In this document: in pieces, positions 39,859 to 49,858 of the stretch | Position numbering within the stretch: the stretch's first letter is position 1 | Layout: the number at the start of each line of letters is the position of its first letter | Origin: Oscillospiraceae bacterium | GTDB lineage: Bacteria; Bacillota_I; Bacilli_A; RFN20; CAG-288 | DNA length: 64,000 bases | Direction: 5' to 3' | NCBI GenBank assembly: GCA_963654365.1 | Contig: CAVJZP010000002.1 | Location: forward strand, 639 to 64,638 | The notes under the pieces: model-generated | Told to the model about the DNA's origin: nothing | Databases searched by the model: none | Seen by the model: only the letters and a program-made list of their open reading frames with translations | Made by a program: the position numbers and the translations under genes

Positions 39859-41025
39859 TTAATCAGCGGCCCACTCGCTGTCTGCAAGGAAATGAGGTGT
39901 CGCAATAGAAGCGATCTTTGCATCAACATCCGCCTCTGTCACATTGACATTGTAAGCGGAGAAGGTGACATCGGAGTTGAACTCGAAGAATCCGACCATC
40001 GAGGAGAGATTCACATCACCATTGGTGAAGAGAGAGTCGAGTGTCTTGCAGGATCCTGCATAATTATCGTTGACAAAGAAGTGGAAATCAAGATTTTTTC
40101 TGACCATGGTGAGTTTGAATTCCTTGATGTAATCAGAAGAATCCTCCGCGGTAGAATAAGTGACCGGCTTCTCCGCGACATAGAGGTCATCTTTATGACG
40201 GGCGGTCTCATTGGTGACACCAGCATTCCAGGCCCAGTTTGCACCGTTCTGGACTTCACAGATACCGAAACGGTTCCAGGTTTCTTCCTCGTTTGGCATC
40301 TCCGCATTGAGGAAGAAGTACATCTTGTTGTTGGTTGCGGTATCTTCCGAAGCGTTTTCACCGGTGGAGCAGACAATGCCAAGCTTCGGGTATTTTTCGC
40401 TGGAGGAGACGCTGTTCAAGGAGAAGGTGCAGTCCGCGATGAAAGCGGTCGTATCGATACCTTTGACAAAGAGGTCGGCAGTTGTAGAGCCTTTGGTTCT
40501 GACAATACCGCCATCTTCCGGAAGTTCCTTGCTGAAATCATCTTCGGAACTGACCTGAGAATAGTTGCGGTCAAAATAGACTTCGGTGACATTGACGGTG
40601 AATTCACAGGACTTTGTCGGATCCTTTTTGGAGGTGACTGTGATCTTGGTGGAGCCGACCTTCAATGCCTTCATGACCTTATTGGTGATCTTGATGATGG
40701 TGGTATCTGCTGCTGTATAAGTGCAGGCTTTCTCTGCAGAGGTAGGGGTTCCACTGGATTTCTTGACGGTGTAATAGTTGGTGAGTGTGGCAGACTGATC
40801 AATCTTCAGTTCCACGGTCGGGCTATTGGCAGTGACAGTCAAGGTGGACTGAGCCTCATCTGTCTTCTTATCATCTGTCGTTTCCGAAGCCTTGCCGGTT
40901 TCAGAACCAGTATCCGCGGTTTTGTCTTCCGTCTTCTTATCTTCGCTTGTCGTATTTCCGCAGGCGACAAGGGAGAAGGACAGCATGGCTAACGTTGCTA
41001 ACAAAAGTGTTTTTTTGGTTTTCAT
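39859..41025 (-). CDS. surface lipoprotein with a Big_2-like domain plus an uncharacterised C-terminal domain shared with 43896..46655
   Basis: Lipobox SLVACG, start MKTKK at 41025 (RBS AAGAGG). PKLGIVCSTGEN...NGANWAW resembles PKFGIMSGNKAG...TDWSWGT of the 920-aa lipoprotein. Confidence 0.6.
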   Translation of the reverse strand: MKTKKTLLLATLAMLSFSLVACGNTTSEDKKTEDKTADTGSETGKASETTDDKKTDEAQSTLTVTANSPTVELKIDQSATLTNYYTVKKSSGTPTSAEKACTYTAADTTIIKITNKVMKALKVGSTKITVTSKKDPTKSCEFTVNVTEVYFDRNYSQVSSEDDFSKELPEDGGIVRTKGSTTADLFVKGIDTTAFIADCTFSLNSVSSSEKYPKLGIVCSTGENASEDTATNNKMYFFLNAEMPNEEETWNRFGICEVQNGANWAWNAGVTNETARHKDDLYVAEKPVTYSTAEDSSDYIKEFKLTMVRKNLDFHFFVNDNYAGSCKTLDSLFTNGDVNLSSMVGFFEFNSDVTFSAYNVNVTEADVDAKIASIATPHFLADSEWAAD

Positions 41026-41198
41026 GTTCATTACCTCTTTTTTCATCATTCTTATCGTAAAGAAATCGCTTACAAAATACAATCAGAGCATTGTCTTTCT
41101 CTTTTATCCGTTTTTACAAAAATGCCGACAGTCATCGGATTATTCCAAGAAGCGAACCATTATTATTAATGGTGTTTTTATAAAGAGAATCGATCCGA

Positions 41199-42710
41199 AT
41201 GCTTTACAATCTATTTGGTAACAGAATCATGAATCTCATCAAGAAAATATTTTCTCCCGTCGACCTGACTCACGGAAAGCCGATCACTCGGCTTATCCGT
41301 TTTGCCATACCGATTTTGCTTAGCACCCTGCTCTCTAATGCCTTTTCCTTGATCAACGCACTCATATTGAAGACAACAGTAGGAGGAATCTCTGTCACCG
41401 CGACCAATTCCACTTCCTCTATCTCTGCCATTCTTTTCAACTTCGCCTATGGATGCACTTCCGGATTTGCTGTCATCATGGCTAACAAGAAAGGAAAGAA
41501 GGATGAAGAAGCACAGAACAAGACACTCTATACCTGCTTCACTCTTGTTCTCATCATCGGTCTTATCATCACAATTGTAGGGCTTTGTTCCTATAAGGCC
41601 TTGATGAGTTTTCTCAACATTCCAGAGATGTATATGGAAAAGGCGTCTAACTACTTCCAGATCATCTTGATCGGATTCCTCATCACCTTGATGAGCAACC
41701 TGATGTCAAACTTCGTCACTGCTTTAGGAAACTCCTCCATCTCCTTGCTTGTCTCCTTAGCAGGAACGAGCGTCAATATCCTCTTCGGATTCCTATTTAC
41801 TGGAGTCATCCGACTCGATACAAGAGGTGTTGCCATCGCTACCCTATTAGCTAACTGCACTACTTTCAGTCTCAATTTCCTCTACTTAATGAAGAATCAT
41901 CCGTATCTAAGATTCAAAAAAGGAGTCTCCCGCGTCGAAAAGAGCTATGTCATCGACTGTCTGAAGATGGGATTGCCGTTAGGATTCCAGTGGTCGATTC
42001 TCTTCATCGGTTCCTTCTTCCAGCAGAAAGTCGTCAACGGTTTCGGAAGAGAACTCGTCATCGATCCTTCCACTGGTACAGAAAAAGAGATCGGCTATGC
42101 GACAATGGCCAACACCTGTTATGGAAGTTTTGAAAACTATCTCACCATTCCTTTGTCCGTCATGTCCAGCGCCTTGCTCCACTATGTGGGACAGAACTAC
42201 GGAGCAAGAGACAAAGAGAGAATCCGACAGGGTATCCGTTCTGCAATCCTCATCGATTTCATCACCTATGCTCTGATCCTGACGATCGGATTATCCTGTG
42301 CAAAATATGTTCCCTATATCTTCCTAACGAAGAATGACATCAATGAGAGAGTCATCTACTATTGCTCTACCTATCTTTATGTCTTGACTCCCTTCCTCAT
42401 CTGCCAGGGACTCTTGCAGCTGAGCCGAAGCGTCTTACAGGGAATCAAAAAGCCGATCATTCCTCTGATCTCCGGCATCGGAGAATTAGTTGCCAGAATC
42501 TTAGTCTGTGAATTCATACCAGGACTTGTCAATCCTAGTAATCCAACAAGTGATGCATCCTATGTCGGCGTCTGTTTCTCCACTCCTTCTGCCTGGGTCG
42601 TCTCTGTTCTCATCATGGGCGGAATGGTCCTCTACTTCGTCGTCATCAAAAAGCTGGAAGTCGTCGATCAAGCCATTGAACTAGATAAAAGAGAAAAAGA
42701 AGACAAATAA
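41199..42710 (+). CDS. MATE-family efflux transporter
   Basis: 12-TM protein with a MATE-like N-terminus. The start could instead be 41229. Confidence 0.6.
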   Translation: MLYNLFGNRIMNLIKKIFSPVDLTHGKPITRLIRFAIPILLSTLLSNAFSLINALILKTTVGGISVTATNSTSSISAILFNFAYGCTSGFAVIMANKKGKKDEEAQNKTLYTCFTLVLIIGLIITIVGLCSYKALMSFLNIPEMYMEKASNYFQIILIGFLITLMSNLMSNFVTALGNSSISLLVSLAGTSVNILFGFLFTGVIRLDTRGVAIATLLANCTTFSLNFLYLMKNHPYLRFKKGVSRVEKSYVIDCLKMGLPLGFQWSILFIGSFFQQKVVNGFGRELVIDPSTGTEKEIGYATMANTCYGSFENYLTIPLSVMSSALLHYVGQNYGARDKERIRQGIRSAILIDFITYALILTIGLSCAKYVPYIFLTKNDINERVIYYCSTYLYVLTPFLICQGLLQLSRSVLQGIKKPIIPLISGIGELVARILVCEFIPGLVNPSNPTSDASYVGVCFSTPSAWVVSVLIMGGMVLYFVVIKKLEVVDQAIELDKREKEDK

Positions 42711-42773
42711 AAGAAGCGTGTAAGGCCTATGGCTCTGACTCAACAGAGCGATACACCAGACACGCTTCTTTTT
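42711..42773. terminator. bidirectional intrinsic terminator (long-stem hairpin with an inner hairpin)
   Basis: AAGAAGCGTGT ... ACACGCTTCTTTTT with inner GCTCTG-actcaa-CAGAGC. Confidence 0.6.
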
Positions 42774-42779
42774 CCTTTA

Positions 42780-43763
42780 TCAGAGAATCTTTCTTGTGTG
42801 AAGAGAGACCGTGAACATCGTGGACTGCTTCGTCCTCTGGATATCCTTGAAACGGTCTTTCAATAGACGGATTGCCTCTTTGCAGATGGCATCATAATCA
42901 AAGCTGACGCTCGTCAAATCGATAAGGCCGTGGATGCACTTCGATACCGTATCGAATCCAACGATATGAAGATGCGGATAGACGATGCGGACATTCGGAA
43001 CAACCTTGTTAAGAGAGTAAAGGACATCATAGGCGATTTCATCGGAGAAGCAGAAGATACCTAAATATCCTTCATTGATCAGTTTCAGCATGGACTGATT
43101 GACCTGTTTTGGTTCAATGACCATGACCTGATTCTTTTCGCTGAGGTTAGAGATTGTATTGACAAAGGCCTGCTGTCTTCTCTTCGAGCATTCGACATTG
43201 GGCATCTTGACATAGATGAACTTGTTGATCTGATGGTAGTTGGCAAGATAGTTGGCCGCCAATGTGCCTCCCATCTCATCATCGGTGTAGACTTCATCGA
43301 CATAATCTTTGTCGAGATGTCTTCCGATCATAATGATCGGCATATGATTCAGCTTTGCATAGTCGATCATATCATCCTCTGGCTCTAAAAGCGTGATGAT
43401 GCCATCGACTCTTTCGCTGATGCACTGCTTCAATAAGGAAAGGGAAAGCTTCTTGCTCATCGAATAGACAATCGTGAAATCGAAGTTCTCTGTCTCAAAA
43501 AGAGAGACTAACTTATCACAGACAATCTGGAAATAAAGATTCTTGAAGTTGTTGACGACAATGGCAATCAGCTTCTTTCCGTCCTTCTTGATGAACTGTG
43601 AGATCGAATTGGGAAGATAACCCATCTCAAAGGCTTTCTGCCTGACTTTCTCTTTCGTTGAAGCAGAGATGTCATCACAGTCACGCAAAGCGCGGGAAAC
43701 CGTATTGATGGACAGATTCAGCTCGTAGGCGATACTTTTCAGACACGAAGATTTTCCAGCCAT
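42780..43763 (-). CDS. LacI-family transcriptional regulator
   Basis: N-terminal HTH KSIAYELNLSINTVSRALRD plus a periplasmic-binding-protein fold. RBS AGGAGG. Confidence 0.85.
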   Translation of the reverse strand: MAGKSSCLKSIAYELNLSINTVSRALRDCDDISASTKEKVRQKAFEMGYLPNSISQFIKKDGKKLIAIVVNNFKNLYFQIVCDKLVSLFETENFDFTIVYSMSKKLSLSLLKQCISERVDGIITLLEPEDDMIDYAKLNHMPIIMIGRHLDKDYVDEVYTDDEMGGTLAANYLANYHQINKFIYVKMPNVECSKRRQQAFVNTISNLSEKNQVMVIEPKQVNQSMLKLINEGYLGIFCFSDEIAYDVLYSLNKVVPNVRIVYPHLHIVGFDTVSKCIHGLIDLTSVSFDYDAICKEAIRLLKDRFKDIQRTKQSTMFTVSLHTRKIL

Positions 43764-43843
43764 AAGATATCCTCCTAAGACGTAGTAAGTTTAAAACAAT
43801 TGAACAGAAATAACAACATTGTTTAATTTCAGTTTAATTTCAG

Positions 43844-43871
43844 AAAAGCCCCGGCGGATAGGCCAGGGCTT
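43844..43871 (-). terminator. intrinsic terminator after the 920-aa lipoprotein gene
   Basis: Minus-strand AAGCCCUGGCC-uauccg-CCGGGGCUU followed by UUCUG. Confidence 0.55.
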
Positions 43872-43895
43872 AATAGAGTCGGATACGGAATTACT

Positions 43896-46655
43896 TTACT
43901 TTGTAGTATGAGCGATGAGAGTTCCAGAGACAACTTTGACGCTCTTATAAGTAATTTTAGAATTCTGGCATCCGAAGTTCAGGACCATGTAATCCTTTGT
44001 TGTAAATGCAGTGGATGTGTAATGAACTTTCATGGAATTACCGGCGCCATCGCCTAAGAAAGTATAGACACCATTGATTTCAAAGACTCCGTCAACAAAC
44101 TTGACATTGAGATGGATATCCATGTTTCCAAACCAAAGCATATAACCCTGATTGAACCAATCCCCAGGCATATTCGAATTGTCATTGGCTTCATGGACAT
44201 TTGTATTTGCTCCCCAGGCATTCCAGTCAGCAGTGATGGTCATACCGCCATTTGCCCATTCGCCATAACTTCCATCCTCCTTTTTGGAAGCTGAGGATAA
44301 ATCAGCAACCCAGTTAGATGCGGCACCATCTTTCGAACTGTTCTCATCGTTATGGATATCATATTCAACTTCGAAGTTCGATGTTCCGTCCATGACTAAA
44401 CGAGAAACATTCAGATTCCAAATATCAACATCAGCGGATTTTGTTTCTCCAACCTTGATGGTTTCTCCACAGCATGCATAGATGCCCTTGTCAGAATCGT
44501 AGGTTTCTTCGTGGTTAGTAGGATTCAAAGCAAGCTCAACATCCTTCTTCGTATGGCAGACAGTGCATTCGGCTTCACCAGTACCATGAGTAGTGCAGGT
44601 AGAAGCTGTCTTTACTGTAGCATTATCGTAATCGTAAACATGAACATCAGGATTCTTTGCGATAGCTTCAGTTTCCTCGTGAGCGCAATACTTGCAAGTC
44701 TTCGTCTTTACACCATCTTCAGTGCAATTGCTTGCTTTTGTGATAACCCAATCACCATATTCATGGTCACCATCAGAGCAGTATTTGCCATCAGCATGCA
44801 TGAAGCCGTCTTTGGTGACTCTTAAAGCTGCAGAAGCCTTCCCCCAGAAATCAGAATTCTTCCATCCAGAAGCCGGATTGGAGCCAAAGCAGACAGCAAG
44901 AGGAGTGTTCATGTTGTATGTTCCAGCATCAACATCCTTATTCAATCTATCAAAGGAAGTGAAGGTTTCATAAACAATATCATATTTGCTGGTCTCGTCG
45001 TTAAGAACAGTATCAGAGACATAATAGCCTTCAAAGTTGCTTGTCTTATTAGCTGAAATCCATACCTGACCATCGCTTTTATCCGGATTAGCAGAATTGA
45101 TGATGCTTCCCGTGGTGGTATCCATAAATTTCATTTCGAAATTATCATTCTCCCACCAATCCTTATGTGTCTCGCCATTCTTCATGTTGTTGACATGGGC
45201 TTTGGCAAAGAGATAGATGCCACGGCTATTCATAGCACCATAGAAGTCGATGTATTCACCAGTTCCCTGAAGATTCAGACGATAGAAGTTCGTCTTGACC
45301 TTGTCAGACCAGATGCCATCATCCATCTTGCCATCGATCTCGACCCTGAAGTTGACGTCATCCGTGACATTGATCTTGATGGTCTTGGTGATTGTAGTGC
45401 CGTAAGTGATCGTGATATCAGCGCTTCCTGCCTTGTTCTTGGCAGTGACAAGACCAGTATCGGAGACTTCAGCAACGGTAGGATCTGAAGAGGTGTAGGT
45501 TAACTTTTTGCTATTGAAGTTGATGAAATCAGCAGAAACATTGAGCTGATACGTCTCACCAAGATAGAGTGTTGTTCCATCTCCGGTAACAGTCAAGTCA
45601 GCAGGATCTTTGTACATGGCATCCACGGCATCACCAGTCAAAGACTTGAAGTTAGAGACTTCAGCAGCCGTAGCCCATCCGCCGACCCAAGCATATGTCT
45701 TTACATCGGCAGGGATGAGAGTATCGACAACATGCTTCATGCAGACAAGTTCACCATCGGTTCCGTCTTCATTCTGTTTCGTGACGAATTCATAGTAGTC
45801 CTGACCATCTCTTAAGAGACCTAAAGTAAGGGTTTCACCCATCTTATAGGTATAGTTGAATCCACCTAACTGAGTACCCCAGGACCAGTCCGTATAGGTA
45901 GAATTCGATGTAACTGTGTTGAAGTTGCTCCAGGAAGAAGAACTATTCGGATTTGTGGTATCGAGATAGAAGAAGTTGTTCTGACAAATATCCGATTCTG
46001 TCGTCTGGTTCCAAATACCAGCCTTGTTGCCGCTCATGATACCGAACTTCGGATAATTATCGCTTTCGGAGAAGGCAGTATAGGTAATATCCGCCTGGAC
46101 ATACCATTTAGTGTCATAGACGTCAGCATAGACCAAAGCGGTATCGCCGACACCAGTAGAGATTTTTCCATCAGAGAGGAATTCAGAGGTATCCAAGTCG
46201 GTTGCTCTCGAAGAGGAGAGGTCGATCATGGAATGCTGGACATGGAATGTGACAGAAGCACTCTTTGTCGCATCATCCTTGCTTGTCGCAGTGATGGTGA
46301 CATCCGTCGTTTCAGAGACAGAGAGGAAACGGACAACGCCGTTTGTGACCTTGGCGACTTCCGCATTGGAGGAAGACCAGGAGACCTTCAAGCCAGTCTT
46401 GCTGGCAGAGACACTTGCCTTCAAGGTGACAGAGGTACCATCTAAGACGATAAGATCATCATCCGTAAGAGCACTGCCTTCGCTATTGGTGATGGTGACA
46501 CTGTTGACAACAATGCTATCCGTTGCGGAAGTGGAAGTCTTGTCCGTAGTCGGATTGTCGGAACCCTTTGCTGTGTCTGTGCTAGTCTTATCACCGCAGC
46601 CGGCGAGAGTGACTAAGGCAGCAAGGGCTAAAATCGAAACCAGATTCTTTTTCAT
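43896..46655 (-). CDS. large multidomain surface lipoprotein (Big_2-like repeats, Cys-rich C-terminal module); probable glycan-binding protein
   Basis: Lipobox VTLAGCG. Start MKKNLVS at 46655 with RBS AAAGGA. Shares a C-terminal domain with 39859..41025. Confidence 0.6.
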   Translation of the reverse strand: MKKNLVSILALAALVTLAGCGDKTSTDTAKGSDNPTTDKTSTSATDSIVVNSVTITNSEGSALTDDDLIVLDGTSVTLKASVSASKTGLKVSWSSSNAEVAKVTNGVVRFLSVSETTDVTITATSKDDATKSASVTFHVQHSMIDLSSSRATDLDTSEFLSDGKISTGVGDTALVYADVYDTKWYVQADITYTAFSESDNYPKFGIMSGNKAGIWNQTTESDICQNNFFYLDTTNPNSSSSWSNFNTVTSNSTYTDWSWGTQLGGFNYTYKMGETLTLGLLRDGQDYYEFVTKQNEDGTDGELVCMKHVVDTLIPADVKTYAWVGGWATAAEVSNFKSLTGDAVDAMYKDPADLTVTGDGTTLYLGETYQLNVSADFINFNSKKLTYTSSDPTVAEVSDTGLVTAKNKAGSADITITYGTTITKTIKINVTDDVNFRVEIDGKMDDGIWSDKVKTNFYRLNLQGTGEYIDFYGAMNSRGIYLFAKAHVNNMKNGETHKDWWENDNFEMKFMDTTTGSIINSANPDKSDGQVWISANKTSNFEGYYVSDTVLNDETSKYDIVYETFTSFDRLNKDVDAGTYNMNTPLAVCFGSNPASGWKNSDFWGKASAALRVTKDGFMHADGKYCSDGDHEYGDWVITKASNCTEDGVKTKTCKYCAHEETEAIAKNPDVHVYDYDNATVKTASTCTTHGTGEAECTVCHTKKDVELALNPTNHEETYDSDKGIYACCGETIKVGETKSADVDIWNLNVSRLVMDGTSNFEVEYDIHNDENSSKDGAASNWVADLSSASKKEDGSYGEWANGGMTITADWNAWGANTNVHEANDNSNMPGDWFNQGYMLWFGNMDIHLNVKFVDGVFEINGVYTFLGDGAGNSMKVHYTSTAFTTKDYMVLNFGCQNSKITYKSVKVVSGTLIAHTTK

Positions 46656-46898
46656 ATCTGTAATCCTTTCTTGAATGGAAGAGTATCGCATCAAAAGATT
46701 GCGACACAGGTAACCCCTTCCATCTGGCTTTATTATATTTGTATGGGCTTACATTTTGTAACATTAAAAATAAAGGACAAGAAAGAGGAAAAGAGAATAA
46801 ACATAAACGGATAGCTTTTTTCATGGATTCTTGCTGAAAAGAAGCAAATCTTATCGAATTTTTGTCTTCTTCTGGAAACGCTATATTCATTTCCTTCC

Positions 46899-46928
46899 AA
46901 GAGAAAAGCCTCGCACGAACGAGGCTTT
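46899..46928 (-). terminator. intrinsic terminator after the GH43-like lipoprotein gene
   Basis: Minus-strand AAAGCCUCG-uucgug-CGAGGCUUU followed by UCUCUU. Confidence 0.65.
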
Positions 46929-46949
46929 CTAGGAGGATACAATGAGTTT

Positions 46950-49427
46950 TCACTCAGTGACGGTCAAGGTAGAGAAGGTGACATCGGCATTGTGGGAGAA
47001 GATTCCTGCTCTTCCTCTCAATGTTCCGATGTTGCTTGAGCAGTCGATGACCAATTTGTCATCGATATAGAACTTATAGTTATTGTTTTGCTGGACGGCT
47101 TTCAGGTGATAGGTCTTACCATCCTCATAATAGAACTTTCCGGCTTTGACCTGGCTTGTGAAATTGAAGTCGGCGTAATTCATCTGCGCTTTTCCGCTTG
47201 CGATGACGAACTGGTATCCGTTATAGCTATTCGGATCATTGACGTCATCCTCTTCAATGGAATAATCTTTGACGTTCATGACAATGCCCGCATATCCATC
47301 GTTCTCAATGGAATGGACCGTCATATCGGTTTCCACAGTGACATCGGAGTATTCTCCCTCGGTCAATAGTCCAAAGGCACCTTCATTCTCACTTCGGATG
47401 CCATCTGCGGTCTGTTCGACTGTTGTATACGATCCCCGTCTTGCAGTAAGGGAGGAGAGATCATCGCTTGCGAGATCTAGGTCATAGCCATCATAGCTAT
47501 TGACCTCTTCATAATGGACTTCGTTGAAAGCGAGTTCGTCTCCCGTGCTGACAAAGGTGATGTTATGGGCACCCGGTTCAATCTCTAAATCGGCAACACG
47601 GACTAAAGCATCACCATCCTCTGTCTTTGGAACTGAACCGGATAAGGTCACTTCCTTTTCCACCTGTCCATCGATTTTGATCTGGAAGCTAGAGGAGACA
47701 TAATCGCCGGGAACTCTTAGAGAGATTTCGTATTTCTCCGCATTGTGAGCGTACATGCGGTAAGTGACAAAGTCACCTGTGTTCTTCAGTACGACATTGT
47801 GAGCGCCGGTATTGTTGTAATTTTTCTTCGATTCGATGAGTTCTGTTCCAGAGCCATTGGTGAGATAGGAAAGATCCGGATCATAATTGCTTGCCAAGGA
47901 GACCTCATCCGAATAGGCTTTGCTGTCTGAGGATCCTAAGGCGACATTGCTGTAGGCCGAATACCCGATATCCGAGAAATCGGATTCCGGATAGCCGATT
48001 TTTCCACCGGTCAGTTCAATGCCGGAATCATCGACTTTCAGCATATTGTCAAAATAGAGGATAAGTCTTCCTTTGTCATACTGAATGCGATAGGTATGAT
48101 AGACTTCTGTATCGAATTCATGGTTGAGTTCGGCTTCGGAGATCGTAGTATCCGTATTATGGTCTACGGTATGGATAGTCAAAGTATTGTTGATGAACTC
48201 AATATAGGAATAATTGCTCTCATCATGATAGGAGAAGATCATCTTTCCTTCTCCGATCGTATTGAATTCCGCAGAGAAGGTATCCCCAGTCGATGTAGGA
48301 GAAAGGAGATACTTTCCTGCCGTCTCATACGATTCCAAGCCATCGCTATAGAACGGAGGAAGATCCGTTCCTACACAGTCATCCGGTCGAACATAGTTGG
48401 TGACCATATTCGTTCCATCAAATGCCAAACGGGAGAAATTGAGATATCTTGTCCTTCCTGGAATCATATTGTGATAGGCGATGTAATAGGAATCCAAATC
48501 CGGTCCTAATACAGTACAGGAATGCCCTAACCCCCAGAAGGAGTCTCCCGTCTCCAATAGAATTGTCTTCTTTCTTGTAAAGGAGGAAGAGGAAAGAAGG
48601 TTGCTTCCCTTTTCCGCATAGCAGTAATCGACGCGGTAATCCCTGTTGATGTAATTCGTGCCAGTCCAGGTCATGTAGTATTCTCCGTATCGGTTCAAAA
48701 GATATGGTCCTTCATTCCAGCCACCCATATGACATGCCCCGATAGGACCAGAGAAGTAGTCTCCGTTATCATTCGTCTTGAAATCCGTGAAATCGTCGTT
48801 CAGTTCATAAGCCTGAATGCATCCACTTCCCGCCCCATACATCAATATCCTTTCGTCATCCGTGATGAAGAAAGAGCCATCGATGCTTCTTCCCACATTA
48901 CCGGTGATGCAGGAATAGGGACCATCCGGATTGTCTGCTTTCAGGATATAGTGCCCGTTTCCGCTCGGAGACATGATCATATAGAAGGAACCATTGAAAT
49001 AGGTAACCTCCGGAGCAAAAGGAATCTGACTAGTCGGAGCGGAGGAACCATCGGTTGAGTATTCATAGCAGAATCCTCTTCCGTTGACACCGTTATCGCA
49101 CGCTTCCCAGTTGATCATGTCATCGGAAACATAGCAGCGTACTGCTCTTCCGCTTGTCGTCGGATAAAGATAATATTTTCCGTTGAAGCGATAGACAAAG
49201 GGATCCGCCGTCTCCTGTCCGCCAGGCATTTTCATATAGTTGTCATAGGTGAAGACATCATCCACTTTGGAAAGTTCTTCATCCGTTGGTTTATGTGTAG
49301 AAGTATCGCTCGTATCCTTTTCCTTTTCGGTTGAAGAAGAATCCGAATTGCTTTCCTTCTCATTGCATCCTACAGAAGACAATAAGAGGAAAGGAATAAG
49401 AAGCAGAAATGATTTGTTCTTTTTCAT
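46950..49427 (-). CDS. lipoprotein, GH43-like glycoside hydrolase with a C-terminal lectin-like extension; paralog of 25695..27962
   Basis: Lipobox LLSSVGC. ADPFVYRFNGKYYLYP and LGHSCTVLGPDLDSYYIAYHN. Confidence 0.55.
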   Translation of the reverse strand: MKKNKSFLLLIPFLLLSSVGCNEKESNSDSSSTEKEKDTSDTSTHKPTDEELSKVDDVFTYDNYMKMPGGQETADPFVYRFNGKYYLYPTTSGRAVRCYVSDDMINWEACDNGVNGRGFCYEYSTDGSSAPTSQIPFAPEVTYFNGSFYMIMSPSGNGHYILKADNPDGPYSCITGNVGRSIDGSFFITDDERILMYGAGSGCIQAYELNDDFTDFKTNDNGDYFSGPIGACHMGGWNEGPYLLNRYGEYYMTWTGTNYINRDYRVDYCYAEKGSNLLSSSSFTRKKTILLETGDSFWGLGHSCTVLGPDLDSYYIAYHNMIPGRTRYLNFSRLAFDGTNMVTNYVRPDDCVGTDLPPFYSDGLESYETAGKYLLSPTSTGDTFSAEFNTIGEGKMIFSYHDESNYSYIEFINNTLTIHTVDHNTDTTISEAELNHEFDTEVYHTYRIQYDKGRLILYFDNMLKVDDSGIELTGGKIGYPESDFSDIGYSAYSNVALGSSDSKAYSDEVSLASNYDPDLSYLTNGSGTELIESKKNYNNTGAHNVVLKNTGDFVTYRMYAHNAEKYEISLRVPGDYVSSSFQIKIDGQVEKEVTLSGSVPKTEDGDALVRVADLEIEPGAHNITFVSTGDELAFNEVHYEEVNSYDGYDLDLASDDLSSLTARRGSYTTVEQTADGIRSENEGAFGLLTEGEYSDVTVETDMTVHSIENDGYAGIVMNVKDYSIEEDDVNDPNSYNGYQFVIASGKAQMNYADFNFTSQVKAGKFYYEDGKTYHLKAVQQNNNYKFYIDDKLVIDCSSNIGTLRGRAGIFSHNADVTFSTLTVTE

Positions 49428-49858
49428 GGTGTCACCTCATTGAAAGCAGGGCAAGGGAAGCCCTTACATCCATTTTAAATAAGATAAAGAACAAAACCTA
49501 TCATTAAAAATAAAGAATCGTGTTCTGTTTTCAGATTTATCGGTAAAGCAGCTATATATCTAAGTGAACGGTCATCTGTTCTTGATATCAGATTGCCTTA
49601 TCTCAATAGGGCTACATCTCCTTCTTCAAGTTTGACCGACGGTTAATCTCTTCTTGGCCTAGTTCATAGATCGCATAACTATATTTTTGATGACACTTTA
49701 ACAAAACACCAACCGTTCAAATGATTTATACAAAACATTGGCACAGAATACACAACTTCAAAGAATAAATCTAAATTGTGAAAGATTCCTATTGGTGCCA
49801 AGAGGTCTAAGAATGGCAAATTGAAATCAGCGAAATATATTCAAACGGAGAAAAAAGC

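Noticed and set aside
39892-40992. 366-aa plus-strand ORF, and similar long antisense ORFs at 28814..29509, 29854..30645, 33440..34252, 18269..18955, 10406..10813 and 21294..21854
   Set aside because: All lie antisense to well-supported minus- or plus-strand genes (lipoprotein, GH43s, GH2, ABC exporter, infB, SGNH hydrolase). They have no RBS and show compositionally odd products (D/I/G-rich).
41199-41228. Alternative shorter start (41229, MNLIKK) for the MATE transporter
   Set aside because: Neither start has a strong RBS. The longer ORF has a weak AAGAGA about 10 nt upstream, so it was retained but flagged as uncertain.
44300-44700. CxxCH haem-binding motif (CTVCH) in the 920-aa lipoprotein suggesting a c-type cytochrome
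   Set aside because: It is a single occurrence among several C..C..H variants (CKYCAH is not canonical). No cytochrome c maturation genes are present. Chance occurrence in a Cys-rich module is more likely.
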